Shown piece by piece: positions 19,043-29,230 of a stretch of DNA of 64,000 nt. The first letter of the stretch is position 1. The number at the start of each line of letters is the position of its first letter. This DNA is from Candidatus Woesearchaeota archaeon (GTDB lineage Archaea; Nanobdellota; Nanobdellia; SCGC-AAA011-G17; GW2011-AR18). A model generated the notes under the pieces. That model was given only the letters and a program-made list of their open reading frames with translations, was not told the DNA's origin and did not search any database. The stretch covers positions 35,969 to 99,968 of the forward strand of contig JAGVZG010000003.1 in the NCBI GenBank assembly GCA_018302765.1. The letters are read 5' to 3'. The position numbers were made by a program, and so were the translations under genes.

Positions 19043-20143
19043 CTATTTCAAAGAACTATAAGCATTTATAAACCTAATTATTTCAGCAACTTCTTCATCA
19101 GTCAATTCAGGAAACATAGGTAAAGATAATATTTCCTTAGAATATTCCTCGGTTTTGGGAAGATTAAATCTTCTATCAAAATTCTTAAGATAGTATTCTT
19201 GTAGGTGATTTGGAATTGGATAATGTATTAAAGTTTGTACTCCTTTGGAAGTTAAATAATTCATTAAGCCTTCCCTGTCTCTATGTCTTATTACAAATAG
19301 ATGAAATACTTGGTCTGAATTTTCCGCGTCTAATGGAAGAACAACATCTTTATTATCTTTCAAACCTTCAAAATACATTTTAGCAATTTCAGACCTTCTT
19401 GAATTCCATTTATCTAAATATTTTAATTTTAAATTTAATATAGCAGCCTGAATTTCATCCAGTCTACTGTTTATTCCCTCAACAACTTGATAATACCTTT
19501 GCTTCTGTCCATAATTTCTCATTAAAATAAGCTTTTCATATAATTCAATATCATCAGTAACAATCATACCTCCATCTCCAAAAGCACCAAGATTCTTACT
19601 AGGATAAAAACTAAAGCAACCTAAGCCACTAATCGGAACTTTATTTCCTTTATACATTGTACCATGAGACTGCGCGCAATCTTCAATAATTTTCAAATTA
19701 TATTTATTTGCAATTTCAACAATAGGATCCATATCAGAAGCATTACCATATAAATGAACTGGCAATATAACTTTCGTCTTGTCAGTAATATTATTCTCAA
19801 TTTGAGAAGTATCCATTGTATAGTTATCACCTATATCAACAAAAACAGGTTTAGCATCAATAGCATAAATGGCTGATATAGTTGGTATTGCAGTGAATGA
19901 AACAGTTATGACTTCATCTCCCGGCTTAACATTACATAATTTTAAAGCAAGTATAAGAGCATCTGTACCAGAATTAACACCAACGCCATATTTCTTACCA
20001 CAATAATTTGCAAAACTATTCTCAAACTGTTTAACTTGATCACCTAAAATATACATCCCACTGCCAAGTACATTTAATAAATGTTTATCAAGTTCGTCCT
20101 TAATAGACAAATATTGCCTTTTTATGTCGCCAAAAGGAATCAT
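19043..20143 (-). CDS. DegT/DnrJ family sugar aminotransferase
   Basis: NSGTDAL, PGDEVITV, PVHLYG, EDCAQSHG, SFYPSKNLGAFGDGG, NSRLDEIQAA. Confidence 0.93.
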   Translation of the reverse strand: MIPFGDIKRQYLSIKDELDKHLLNVLGSGMYILGDQVKQFENSFANYCGKKYGVGVNSGTDALILALKLCNVKPGDEVITVSFTAIPTISAIYAIDAKPVFVDIGDNYTMDTSQIENNITDKTKVILPVHLYGNASDMDPIVEIANKYNLKIIEDCAQSHGTMYKGNKVPISGLGCFSFYPSKNLGAFGDGGMIVTDDIELYEKLILMRNYGQKQRYYQVVEGINSRLDEIQAAILNLKLKYLDKWNSRRSEIAKMYFEGLKDNKDVVLPLDAENSDQVFHLFVIRHRDREGLMNYLTSKGVQTLIHYPIPNHLQEYYLKNFDRRFNLPKTEEYSKEILSLPMFPELTDEEVAEIIRFINAYSSLK

Positions 20144-20145
20144 TT

Positions 20146-21135
20146 TTAAAAATAATGTTCCTCCTTTCCTTTAAAATATTCTAGTGTTCTTTTAACTCCA
20201 TCTTTAAAACCTGTTTTTGGTTGCCAACCCAATACATTCTTAATTTTAGATATATCTAAATAAGTATCACCTACGTTAATTTTCTTTCTTTCATCTGGAA
20301 AAGGAACTAATTTATAAGAACCTTTACCGCTGACATCAATTACATCTTTAGCCATATCCAAAAGTGATTTATAATTTGTATCACCAAGATTAAAAATTTC
20401 TCCATGTAATTCTGATGCACCACCAATCAACAAAGCATCAATAACATCATCAACAAAATTCAAATCTCTAAGTTCAGCGCCATTACCATAAACAGTTATA
20501 TCTTTCTCTTCCATAGCTAATCTTACAAAAGTAGGAACAAGTTGCTTTAAATGTAACTTCATACTTTGTTTAGGACCATAAGTATTAGTTAATCTAAATA
20601 TTAATGACTTAATTCCATAAACATTATCGTATAACAAAAGATAATTTTCCGCAGCAATTTTATTTATAGCATTGACATCTGGTGGATTTAAACCATGTTT
20701 TTCATCTACCGGAAGATAATTTGGTTTTCCATATACTTGTCTGGTTGAAGTAAATATAATTTTAGTATTTTTATTATTAATTTTGCATGCATTCAAAATA
20801 TTAATAGTGCATAAAACATTAACATCTAAATCTAATTTGGGATTAGACATAGAAATTCCATGTACAGTATTTCCTGCCAAATGAAATATTAAATCTTTAT
20901 TTTGAACTGCAGTATCAGCAACTTTAGAGTCACATAAATCTCCTGCAATATATTCAAACTTACCTTCCACTTCTTCCAAATTTTTTTTATTTGCACTTGT
21001 ATTTTCAAGAAAAGAATCAACAACAGTAACATTGGCTCCAAGGCGTACAAGTTTACAAACCAAATTGCTTCCTATAAAACCATAACCACCCGTAACTAGA
21101 ATATTCTTATTTCTATAAAAACCATTGTGATCCAT
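20146..21135 (-). CDS. NAD-dependent sugar epimerase/dehydratase (extended SDR)
   Basis: TGGYGFIGSN, STRQVYG, NAINK, RLTNTYGP, RDLNFVDD; start placed at MDHNG. Confidence 0.88.
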   Translation of the reverse strand: MDHNGFYRNKNILVTGGYGFIGSNLVCKLVRLGANVTVVDSFLENTSANKKNLEEVEGKFEYIAGDLCDSKVADTAVQNKDLIFHLAGNTVHGISMSNPKLDLDVNVLCTINILNACKINNKNTKIIFTSTRQVYGKPNYLPVDEKHGLNPPDVNAINKIAAENYLLLYDNVYGIKSLIFRLTNTYGPKQSMKLHLKQLVPTFVRLAMEEKDITVYGNGAELRDLNFVDDVIDALLIGGASELHGEIFNLGDTNYKSLLDMAKDVIDVSGKGSYKLVPFPDERKKINVGDTYLDISKIKNVLGWQPKTGFKDGVKRTLEYFKGKEEHYF

Positions 21136-21188
21136 AAATCCAAAAAACCAAGTTAGCTTTATAAAGTTTATTAATAAGAAATCCATAG

Positions 21189-21926
21189 ATGGAAATAACA
21201 GAATATAAAAATATTTACGAACTTGAAGACGAGCATTGGTGGTATGCAGGAATGCGCCACATATTTATTACTACAATAAGATCTTATATAAAAAACAATG
21301 AAAAAATAAAAATTCTAGACGTTGGATGTGGAACTGGTTACAATATAAAAATCATGAGAAAATTTGGCGAAGTCTATGGAATAGACTATTCAAAAGAAGC
21401 AATAAAATTCTGCAAATTAAACAAAGTTAAAAATGTAAAAATAGCATCAGCAGAAAAAATTCCTTTTAAAGATAATACATTTGACTTAGTAACAAGCTTC
21501 GAAGTTCTATATCATAAAGGAATAAAAGATGATAACAAAGCATTACAAGAAATAAAAAGAGTATGTAAGAAAAATGGAATTATAGTAATAAGGCTTCCAG
21601 CATTTAATATACTAAAAAGAAAACATGATAATCAAGTGCACGGAATAAGAAGATATAATAAAAAAGCAATTATAAAGATGTGTAAGAATCTAAATATAAA
21701 AATAGAAAAAATAACCTACCTTAATGCACTACCATTTCTTCCATTAGTAATTATAGCTAGTTTAGAAAGAATATTTAATCCAAAAGTAGATTCAGATATT
21801 AAAAAAACTAATAAATTAATTAATAACATATTGAAATATTATTTATTATTAGAAGGAAAAATAATAAACAAAATTAATCTGCCTTTTGGAACATCTATAT
21901 TATTTATAGCAAGGAAAATGAATTAA
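21189..21926 (+). CDS. Class I SAM-dependent methyltransferase
   Basis: ILDVGCGTG, GIDYS, IPFKDNTFDLV. Confidence 0.88.
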   Translation: MEITEYKNIYELEDEHWWYAGMRHIFITTIRSYIKNNEKIKILDVGCGTGYNIKIMRKFGEVYGIDYSKEAIKFCKLNKVKNVKIASAEKIPFKDNTFDLVTSFEVLYHKGIKDDNKALQEIKRVCKKNGIIVIRLPAFNILKRKHDNQVHGIRRYNKKAIIKMCKNLNIKIEKITYLNALPFLPLVIIASLERIFNPKVDSDIKKTNKLINNILKYYLLLEGKIINKINLPFGTSILFIARKMN

Positions 21927-23389
21927 ATTTTCATAATGTACAACTTACCATGAAAATTCTTTATTTCATGCTTAGAAAAAAATTCACGTTCTTCTGAATT
22001 TAAACCTGAATAACCTACGCGGCTATAATTATCTAGTATAATAACACCGTTAGATTTTAATAAATCTTCATAATTATTTATGTATTTAACATCAACATCA
22101 TAATTTAAGTCATTAAATATTGATAGCATACCTAAATTACCATGTTTATAAAATATCACATTTCTATCATTTAAATCAATAATAAACTTAGCAGCATCTA
22201 ATTTATCTTTGTATAAAATACCGTAAGCACCATTAGTGCCACCATTATTATACAAAATGTATAAGTGATAAGAAAATAGAATAATATTAACTAATAAAAC
22301 AAATGCAAATAATGCATATAAAATGTTCTTAAATTTATATTTATCAATCAAATAAGAAAAACCAACGCCAGCAATAACAAAATTTATTGGATACAATATT
22401 AAAAAATAATGTGGCGAGACACTTTTACTTCTAATTATATATAAAAATATAACAAGCAATAAAGAAAACAGCAATAAAAAATATTTTTTATCTTTATATT
22501 TTTTAATAATAAAAACCAAGCCGAAAATAAATAATATACTTAAAATTAAAACACTTAAATAAATAAAGAAATTGAATATAGAACCATAAAAAACCTCTGT
22601 TCCATTGAAGTAATTAGAACTAAATGGAGTGATAATCATAAATGGAAAAACAATTGACTCAAATGCATTTGAAATAAAACCTGACTTAGTCTGAACAAAC
22701 CCATAAGATAATGATTTCCAAATAACATTCTCCCCGCTCATAAAACTATAAAATATTATTGGCAATAATGTTAAAATTAACAAAGAAACTCCTAAAATTA
22801 AATATTTCCAGAAATTTCTATCTCTAAAAAATCTTAAATAAAATAAGAAAAAAGGCAATAACAATAAAGCAGATATATGAAAATGAAGCATTAGACCAAA
22901 TGAAAGAAAAGAAAGTAAGGTAAATTTATACTCTTTTTTACAAACAACACTGAAAAAACTATAAAAGAATAATACAGATAAAAAAGGTATATAACTAGGG
23001 TTCCATACAGATCTGGAATAATATAAATGCCAAATTGAAGTTGCAAACAACAAAGAAGATACTACTGCTGCTTTGAAATTAAAAAACTTCCTTACAAAGA
23101 AAAAAGATAAAACCACTGCTAAAACATTAAAAAAAGCAATAAAGTAAACATGAATCAAGTAATTGCTGGATAACTCAGATAAAAAGTAATAAATATAATA
23201 AATAGCAGGACCAAATGTTTCAAATGTGTGGTAACCAAAAAGAATTGGATTGGAAAAACTTATAGATTTAGCAATATCAAAGAAAGAAACTGTCTCATGA
23301 TCAAAAACAGTTAAAGCTGGATAAATGAAACGTAAAATTAAAGACAAAGATACCAGAAACAGCAAAAAATACCATTCTTTTTTCTCCAT
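21923..23389 (-). CDS. GT-C fold (ArnT/PMT-like) glycosyltransferase
   Basis: FDHE loop, WHLYYSRSVWNPSY, many TMs; paralog of 10901-12460. Confidence 0.72.
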   Translation of the reverse strand: MEKKEWYFLLFLVSLSLILRFIYPALTVFDHETVSFFDIAKSISFSNPILFGYHTFETFGPAIYYIYYFLSELSSNYLIHVYFIAFFNVLAVVLSFFFVRKFFNFKAAVVSSLLFATSIWHLYYSRSVWNPSYIPFLSVLFFYSFFSVVCKKEYKFTLLSFLSFGLMLHFHISALLLLPFFLFYLRFFRDRNFWKYLILGVSLLILTLLPIIFYSFMSGENVIWKSLSYGFVQTKSGFISNAFESIVFPFMIITPFSSNYFNGTEVFYGSIFNFFIYLSVLILSILFIFGLVFIIKKYKDKKYFLLLFSLLLVIFLYIIRSKSVSPHYFLILYPINFVIAGVGFSYLIDKYKFKNILYALFAFVLLVNIILFSYHLYILYNNGGTNGAYGILYKDKLDAAKFIIDLNDRNVIFYKHGNLGMLSIFNDLNYDVDVKYINNYEDLLKSNGVIILDNYSRVGYSGLNSEEREFFSKHEIKNFHGKLYIMKI

Positions 23390-23437
23390 GAAATTAAATA
23401 AGTTCAGAAATATAAAAAGGTTTTTATATTTGGCACT

Positions 23438-24079
23438 ATGAAGAAAAACATGACTGAAATAAAAGACATAATAAAAGAGTACAAAGATATAAAATTAATA
23501 GATAAAATATACATGAAATTAAGATGGAGGTTATGTCCTTTTAATACAATAGAAGAAAAAACACCTAAAAAAGGCACAATTCTTGACCTTGGCTGCGGTT
23601 ATGGAATGCTAGCAAATCTTTTGTGTCTAAAGTCAAAACAAAGAAAAGTAATTGGTATGGACCTATCATCCAAGAGAATTAATACAGCAAAAAAAAGTGA
23701 AAGAAAAAATAAAAACCTAAAATTTATAGAAGCAGATATTACAAAATATAAATTGCAAAAATTCGATGCAATAGTTATGACAGATTTCTTGCATCATTTA
23801 AAATATGAAGACCAAGAAGACTTAATATCAAAACTATATGAAAAATTAAATAAAAATGGTAAGCTTATAATACTTGATATAGATAAAAGCATAAAACTAA
23901 AACATGCCTTTACTGTTTTACTAGACAGAAGTCTAAATTATGGTGAACAAGTATATTACAGAACAAAATATGATATGGTTTCCATGCTAGAAAAAAATAA
24001 ATTCAAAGTCATTAAAACTATAAGGGCTGATAAATATCTCCCTATGCCTGATATAATATTTATAGCAACAAGAAATTAA
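23438..24079 (+). CDS. Class I SAM-dependent methyltransferase
   Basis: ILDLGCGYG, GMDLS, DFLHH. Confidence 0.88.
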   Translation: MKKNMTEIKDIIKEYKDIKLIDKIYMKLRWRLCPFNTIEEKTPKKGTILDLGCGYGMLANLLCLKSKQRKVIGMDLSSKRINTAKKSERKNKNLKFIEADITKYKLQKFDAIVMTDFLHHLKYEDQEDLISKLYEKLNKNGKLIILDIDKSIKLKHAFTVLLDRSLNYGEQVYYRTKYDMVSMLEKNKFKVIKTIRADKYLPMPDIIFIATRN

Positions 24080-25578
24080 ACTTTATACAAACAAAAATTA
24101 CCGCTATTTTCTAAAAAATTTAAATTGCACTTACTAAATTTACCACAAGTCTCCCTGTATCCAATAACATGTGTTGTATTTAAAAACTTAATATCATGAA
24201 TAAATGAACCACAATCACTTAAATCAGATTTTTTAAGATTCTTAAAAGTATCAAAATAACTTGGTTCTTTTAACTCAGGATACCACCCATAAGGTGTAGA
24301 AAGGCCATAATAAATAGGAACATAAGAATAAATAGCCTTTGCATAAATAGTTCTTGGATAATCTCCAAACATTAAGAAGCTTCCATTAAATTTAGAAAAC
24401 AAGCCTTCCAACTCAAGATTTGCTTTATCATTTGGTACTACAAAACTTGGGGTATGTAAAATATTTATAGTAATACTAATCAAAGCTAAAAAAACCAAAG
24501 CAAATGGTAAAATTTTAACTACTTTAATGTCTATTTTACTATAATCTATTTTAAAAAAGAAAAACAAAGAAAAGAACAAGAAAAACGGTAGATAGGGATC
24601 TGGAAATATGTTTCTAAAAACAGGTATAAATGGAGTTAACCTAAAAAGATATAAAATACCTAAAATAACAACAGGAGCAAAAAAATATATCTCATTTCTA
24701 GGTTTATTATTGGAAGACCAATAATAATAAAATAATATAAGAAAAGCCAATGGAAATAAAAATGCAGCCAAATTAGTTAATATAAGATCACTTCTAAACT
24801 GCCACAGCCAAAGATTTTGTGTCAAAGCAGGAATGGCGCTAGATACAAAAACAGATTTTATAAAAGGAACAAACCAGAAAGATGTCAGCAACGAAGAAGC
24901 CAAAAAATAAAATGCTACAAGTATTTTTTCCTTCTTTGGTTTTATAATAAACAAACCTAAAAATAATAAAGAAGATATTACAGCTATGCTTAAATAAGAC
25001 AATAATATCAAACTATAAGAAGGGATTATAAACAAAGACTTCCAGTCAAGCTTCCTCTCTCTGTAATACAAGATTAAAAAAGAAAATAGCAAAAACCAAA
25101 CCCAAGTAAATAATTCATGGACTCTTCCAAGCCTAATAAAACTACCAATAGACAAAGCATTCATAAACATAAATGAAAAAAAAGCAACTCTTTGAAGTTT
25201 AGAAAGCCTAAAGCGCTTGCCTCCGAAGTATATAACTAAAAAAGCAAGAACAAAAGACAAAACCATAGTAAAGTATGTCGCAATTTTTACATCGCCAAAT
25301 AAATAATAAAAAGGTAATGCAAATAAAAACCATCCAGGTGGCGTGAAGCTAAAAGATATAAAACCATTATACCAGTATTGGCAAAAATTTAGAAAACCAC
25401 ACTCACGTAAAAAAAATAACTGTGCCATATAAGAACTTATATCGTTAACATAATCCCTAGGAAAATAAAACAACAATTGTGATTGATCTACAAGTCTATA
25501 TAAAAAATAAATAGACATTACAAATATAGGCAAGTAAAGCCAGCCATCTCTGAAAAGAATTTTAAGTTTTTCTCTCAT
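24076..25578 (-). CDS. Multi-TM membrane protein, probable GT-C fold (YfhO/PTPS-related type)
   Basis: NDISSY...YWYNGF...FTPPG early loop, about 11 TMs, GWYPE; glycosylation context. Confidence 0.5.
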   Translation of the reverse strand: MREKLKILFRDGWLYLPIFVMSIYFLYRLVDQSQLLFYFPRDYVNDISSYMAQLFFLRECGFLNFCQYWYNGFISFSFTPPGWFLFALPFYYLFGDVKIATYFTMVLSFVLAFLVIYFGGKRFRLSKLQRVAFFSFMFMNALSIGSFIRLGRVHELFTWVWFLLFSFLILYYRERKLDWKSLFIIPSYSLILLSYLSIAVISSLLFLGLFIIKPKKEKILVAFYFLASSLLTSFWFVPFIKSVFVSSAIPALTQNLWLWQFRSDLILTNLAAFLFPLAFLILFYYYWSSNNKPRNEIYFFAPVVILGILYLFRLTPFIPVFRNIFPDPYLPFFLFFSLFFFFKIDYSKIDIKVVKILPFALVFLALISITINILHTPSFVVPNDKANLELEGLFSKFNGSFLMFGDYPRTIYAKAIYSYVPIYYGLSTPYGWYPELKEPSYFDTFKNLKKSDLSDCGSFIHDIKFLNTTHVIGYRETCGKFSKCNLNFLENSGNFCLYKV

Positions 25579-25616
25579 AAATTAATAAAAGAAATATCAT
25601 TTATAAATATAACTGA

Positions 25617-28256
25617 CTAAAACTGAGTAAGTGACAAATCAGGAAATTCTCTTCTTGTATAATAATTATACTCACTTTTATCCAAACTAAAACCATCAGG
25701 ATAATTAACTTTCCATATTTTTATAGGACCAAGGCTTCTTCCATTGTACAAACCTAAAGGAATATTTGAACTATCATCGTAAACCAAATTGAAATATTTA
25801 CTATCTTGACCAAATAAATATAATCTAGCAAACATAGATTCAGATACTCTTCTAGAAACAAAAATAGCTGCTCCTAGTCTATTAAGCTGATTTCCCTGCA
25901 CGGCAGGAATTACCTTTATGCAACCGCCATAATCATAAGTACCAAAATAATATAATTTGTCAATATATACACACTTAACGGTTAACTGCAACTGCTCCCC
26001 TTGTGACTGCAATACAATTTTAGGTTGCATTACAGAAGCAGAAACAACATTACCTTCGTTATCAACAGTGTTAACTAAAGGAATTAAAGCACCTATAATA
26101 GCTGTACCTTTTGGATAAACTTTACTATTATATACAAAATCTTCATCCAAAGGATAGCCACCTGTGTAAACTAACAAAGTACCGTTTCTAGTTTCCTTAG
26201 ATAAAGAAGAATCTAATCCCATATAAGTAAGGTAAGAATATCTATCAAAATTTTTATCAGAACCTATCAATGAATAAGCAGAATATTTTCCAACTTCGTC
26301 ACCTATAATCAAAAGATAACTTACATTATGTGCATATAAGAAACCTAGAGCATCGCTGTCATTAGGCGCAGTCAAAACATTTCTAGCAGTTAAATAATTC
26401 CACCATCCAATCCTATTGCCGCCATCAGTAACAGTAGTCCTCTCAAATCCAGATTGAACCCAATAACCATAATCCCACCAGTGATTAAAAACAGCATCTT
26501 TAGGAGTGTTCTCTCTAACCCATTTGCCAGCACTCTGCCATTGTGAATGATAAGCAGGACCACTAAATTTAACTTGATTATAAGAGCTTTGAATGTCTTC
26601 AAAAATAATACCTTTGGCAAAAGAGAAAGGATTAAACAAAACAAATACAAATAATATCACTGCCAGATATTTTAATAAAGTATATTTTAAGCTCAGACAA
26701 TAATCCACAATATAAATCAAAGCAAATGATGAAAAAATAACCACAAAAGTAGATAGCTCAAAAAATAATCTTATAGCAGAGGTGCCTCCAACAATATTTA
26801 TCAAAGCAATCACTAAGATAAAAGTGTAACGTGGGTCTAATTCTATTGTAAATATTGTGCTGCTGATGCCGGCTTCATAATAATTTTTAACATAGTAATA
26901 TAAAGTATAACCAACCAATACAATAATAGAACCATAAAAAAGAATATTAGACAATAAGCTCTTTCCATTCAGTATACTGCCCTCTGAGTATTTAGAAAAT
27001 ATAAAAGCCAAAACACAAGTAACATAAACATAAAACAATTTCTTATAATCCTTAAGATGTTTTACTAATTTATATAAAAGTATTATTAAGCCTATAATAA
27101 ATAACCATACAAGAAGCCAGCCAAAAGAAGAAAACCAATCAATGACAAAAATTCTTCTATTCTCAGCAACTGTAGATGCCCACCTATTACCAACAAAAGC
27201 GCTGGAGAAAATACTGAAAAATCCCCTTATCATAGCCATGAAAAAATCAAAGCCAAAAAAAGAAATTAAAAATAATACACTAAAGACAATAACAAGAAAA
27301 AAAGCAGCAAAACCTTGCGGGACTTTTGTTAATAATTTCTGAATAAACTTATTATGTTTAATAGACTTAATATTGAATAATAAATAAGCACATAAAGTCA
27401 AAAATACAATAGTAGCAGGTAGACTGCTGGTGTGGTCAGATAAAAAACGATTTAATGTTAATTTTCCAGTTCCCAACAACACAGAAAAATTAACCAAATA
27501 CCAAGTTGAATAAACATATATATCACTCTTCTTGACACTATCAAGCAAAATATGAATCAAAGTGAATATACCAACAATCATAAAAAATATTGCCATATTG
27601 CCTGCAGTATTATAACCAAGAATACTAGTAAATGCAGCACAAACTCCAAAAATAATATTATTTCTAATTTTTTTAGATTGCCATGCGACAATGAAAAAAT
27701 ACAGTGTCATGAATATAAACATAATACCAAGTATATCGTGATCAGAAGAAATGCTTCTATACAAAAAAGTAGGAACTGTAACTAAGAACAAAGAAGATAA
27801 TAAAGCAACCCTGTAATCAAACAATCTTCTGACAAATAAAAATAAAAACAAAGCAGCAATTACTGTAGCTACAGTAGGATATACTACATCTGCAAATTCT
27901 ACAGTAAAAGAAGGAACAAATACATGCACGATTTTATACATATAAGCAACAAAATAAGAAGTAAAAACACCAAAATCAATATTCACACCTAAAGGATAAT
28001 TTCTCATTACATCAACTGCATAAAGCCTACCATGTTCAGCAATATACTGAGCATACCTCAAAAACAAAGTTGAATCAAGCTCTAAAGAAATATATCTTCC
28101 TGTAGTAGCATCCCTAAGCAAACCCCAATTCTGAGAACGAATAAAGTAAGCAAGCCACAAAATGGCAATTAATAATATATACTGTATCAAGTTCTTCTTT
28201 TCTTTAACAAATTTAATTATTTTCTCTTTCCTAGCTTCTAATTCTTTATTGTTCAT
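25617..28256 (-). CDS. aglB: Archaeal oligosaccharyltransferase AglB (STT3 family)
   Basis: WWDYG motif, ELD, DHD, TVAE (TIXE-like) loop, many TMs plus soluble C-terminal domain. Confidence 0.93.
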   Translation of the reverse strand: MNNKELEARKEKIIKFVKEKKNLIQYILLIAILWLAYFIRSQNWGLLRDATTGRYISLELDSTLFLRYAQYIAEHGRLYAVDVMRNYPLGVNIDFGVFTSYFVAYMYKIVHVFVPSFTVEFADVVYPTVATVIAALFLFLFVRRLFDYRVALLSSLFLVTVPTFLYRSISSDHDILGIMFIFMTLYFFIVAWQSKKIRNNIIFGVCAAFTSILGYNTAGNMAIFFMIVGIFTLIHILLDSVKKSDIYVYSTWYLVNFSVLLGTGKLTLNRFLSDHTSSLPATIVFLTLCAYLLFNIKSIKHNKFIQKLLTKVPQGFAAFFLVIVFSVLFLISFFGFDFFMAMIRGFFSIFSSAFVGNRWASTVAENRRIFVIDWFSSFGWLLVWLFIIGLIILLYKLVKHLKDYKKLFYVYVTCVLAFIFSKYSEGSILNGKSLLSNILFYGSIIVLVGYTLYYYVKNYYEAGISSTIFTIELDPRYTFILVIALINIVGGTSAIRLFFELSTFVVIFSSFALIYIVDYCLSLKYTLLKYLAVILFVFVLFNPFSFAKGIIFEDIQSSYNQVKFSGPAYHSQWQSAGKWVRENTPKDAVFNHWWDYGYWVQSGFERTTVTDGGNRIGWWNYLTARNVLTAPNDSDALGFLYAHNVSYLLIIGDEVGKYSAYSLIGSDKNFDRYSYLTYMGLDSSLSKETRNGTLLVYTGGYPLDEDFVYNSKVYPKGTAIIGALIPLVNTVDNEGNVVSASVMQPKIVLQSQGEQLQLTVKCVYIDKLYYFGTYDYGGCIKVIPAVQGNQLNRLGAAIFVSRRVSESMFARLYLFGQDSKYFNLVYDDSSNIPLGLYNGRSLGPIKIWKVNYPDGFSLDKSEYNYYTRREFPDLSLTQF

Positions 28257-28257
28257 G

Positions 28258-29109
28258 TTAAAATATTAAAGGCGTTATAAACACTTCTACAAATGCACCT
28301 ATGAATAATAAAAATATCGCTATTGCAACTAAAAAAATTGAATCTTTTATTATTCTTTTAAGCTTCATCATTCTCACTCCTTTATTAACTATTGCCATGG
28401 AAATTATACCACCAGCTAAACCTCCTATAAAATAAGCAGCAATCTCAAATACTCCATGCAGCATATATCTTAATAACCCGGTCACAAATAAATTAAAATG
28501 TACAGCTACATTGTTAAAGCCCAACAAAGTTGCATATTTTGCAAGACTATTTCTTACATAAGTACCTATAGCAGCACTTATTACAGAAGCATTCCAAGCA
28601 AGTACAAATATAGCGCCTGCACCAAAAAATACAGCAAATAATAAACAAAAAAACAAAACCTTCAAATTATTTAATAATATTGTAGCAAAAGTATCAACTG
28701 AAACAATACTTCCACTAACTTGATTTGCATTTATTCTTTCTATAGTTGATAATTGCAAACTAAACACTTCAGTTACAACTCTCTCAGGAAATAAAATATA
28801 GAAAAGAGAAAACCCTATTACTAAGCCAAAAAACAAATACATCAAAAACGTTATGACTTTGCCATGTTCCTTAAGTAGCCATAACTCATTATCAGTCCTG
28901 AACTCCTCCTGCTCCTCGCTAATTAAAGTAAGATACATTAATGGTGTTGTCATCAAAACAACAAGAAATACCATAACAAGCCCGGTATATTCTGGAAATA
29001 TCCAAAGACTAAAAGCTATTGAAAAAAAGGCAAATAACAAACCAAAAAACAATAATCTTGCTGGGTGCCTCTTTGCATCCCAAGGTTTCACTAAGTCCTC
29101 AAAAACCAT
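28258..29109 (-). CDS. SpoIIM (stage II sporulation protein M)-like membrane protein
   Basis: ILLNNLKV, NASVI, HGVFEIAAY, AFVEVFITP. Confidence 0.8.
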   Translation of the reverse strand: MVFEDLVKPWDAKRHPARLLFFGLLFAFFSIAFSLWIFPEYTGLVMVFLVVLMTTPLMYLTLISEEQEEFRTDNELWLLKEHGKVITFLMYLFFGLVIGFSLFYILFPERVVTEVFSLQLSTIERINANQVSGSIVSVDTFATILLNNLKVLFFCLLFAVFFGAGAIFVLAWNASVISAAIGTYVRNSLAKYATLLGFNNVAVHFNLFVTGLLRYMLHGVFEIAAYFIGGLAGGIISMAIVNKGVRMMKLKRIIKDSIFLVAIAIFLLFIGAFVEVFITPLIF

Positions 29110-29230
29110 GAAAAAAAGTTAACTCTGCAGTTTAAATAACTTTCCAAAAGTTGTTGTATCTGTTAACTAAATAAATAAAAACCATGCAGAAATTGGCAAG
29201 ATTTAAAAGTACAAAGTCTTATTCCAATAT

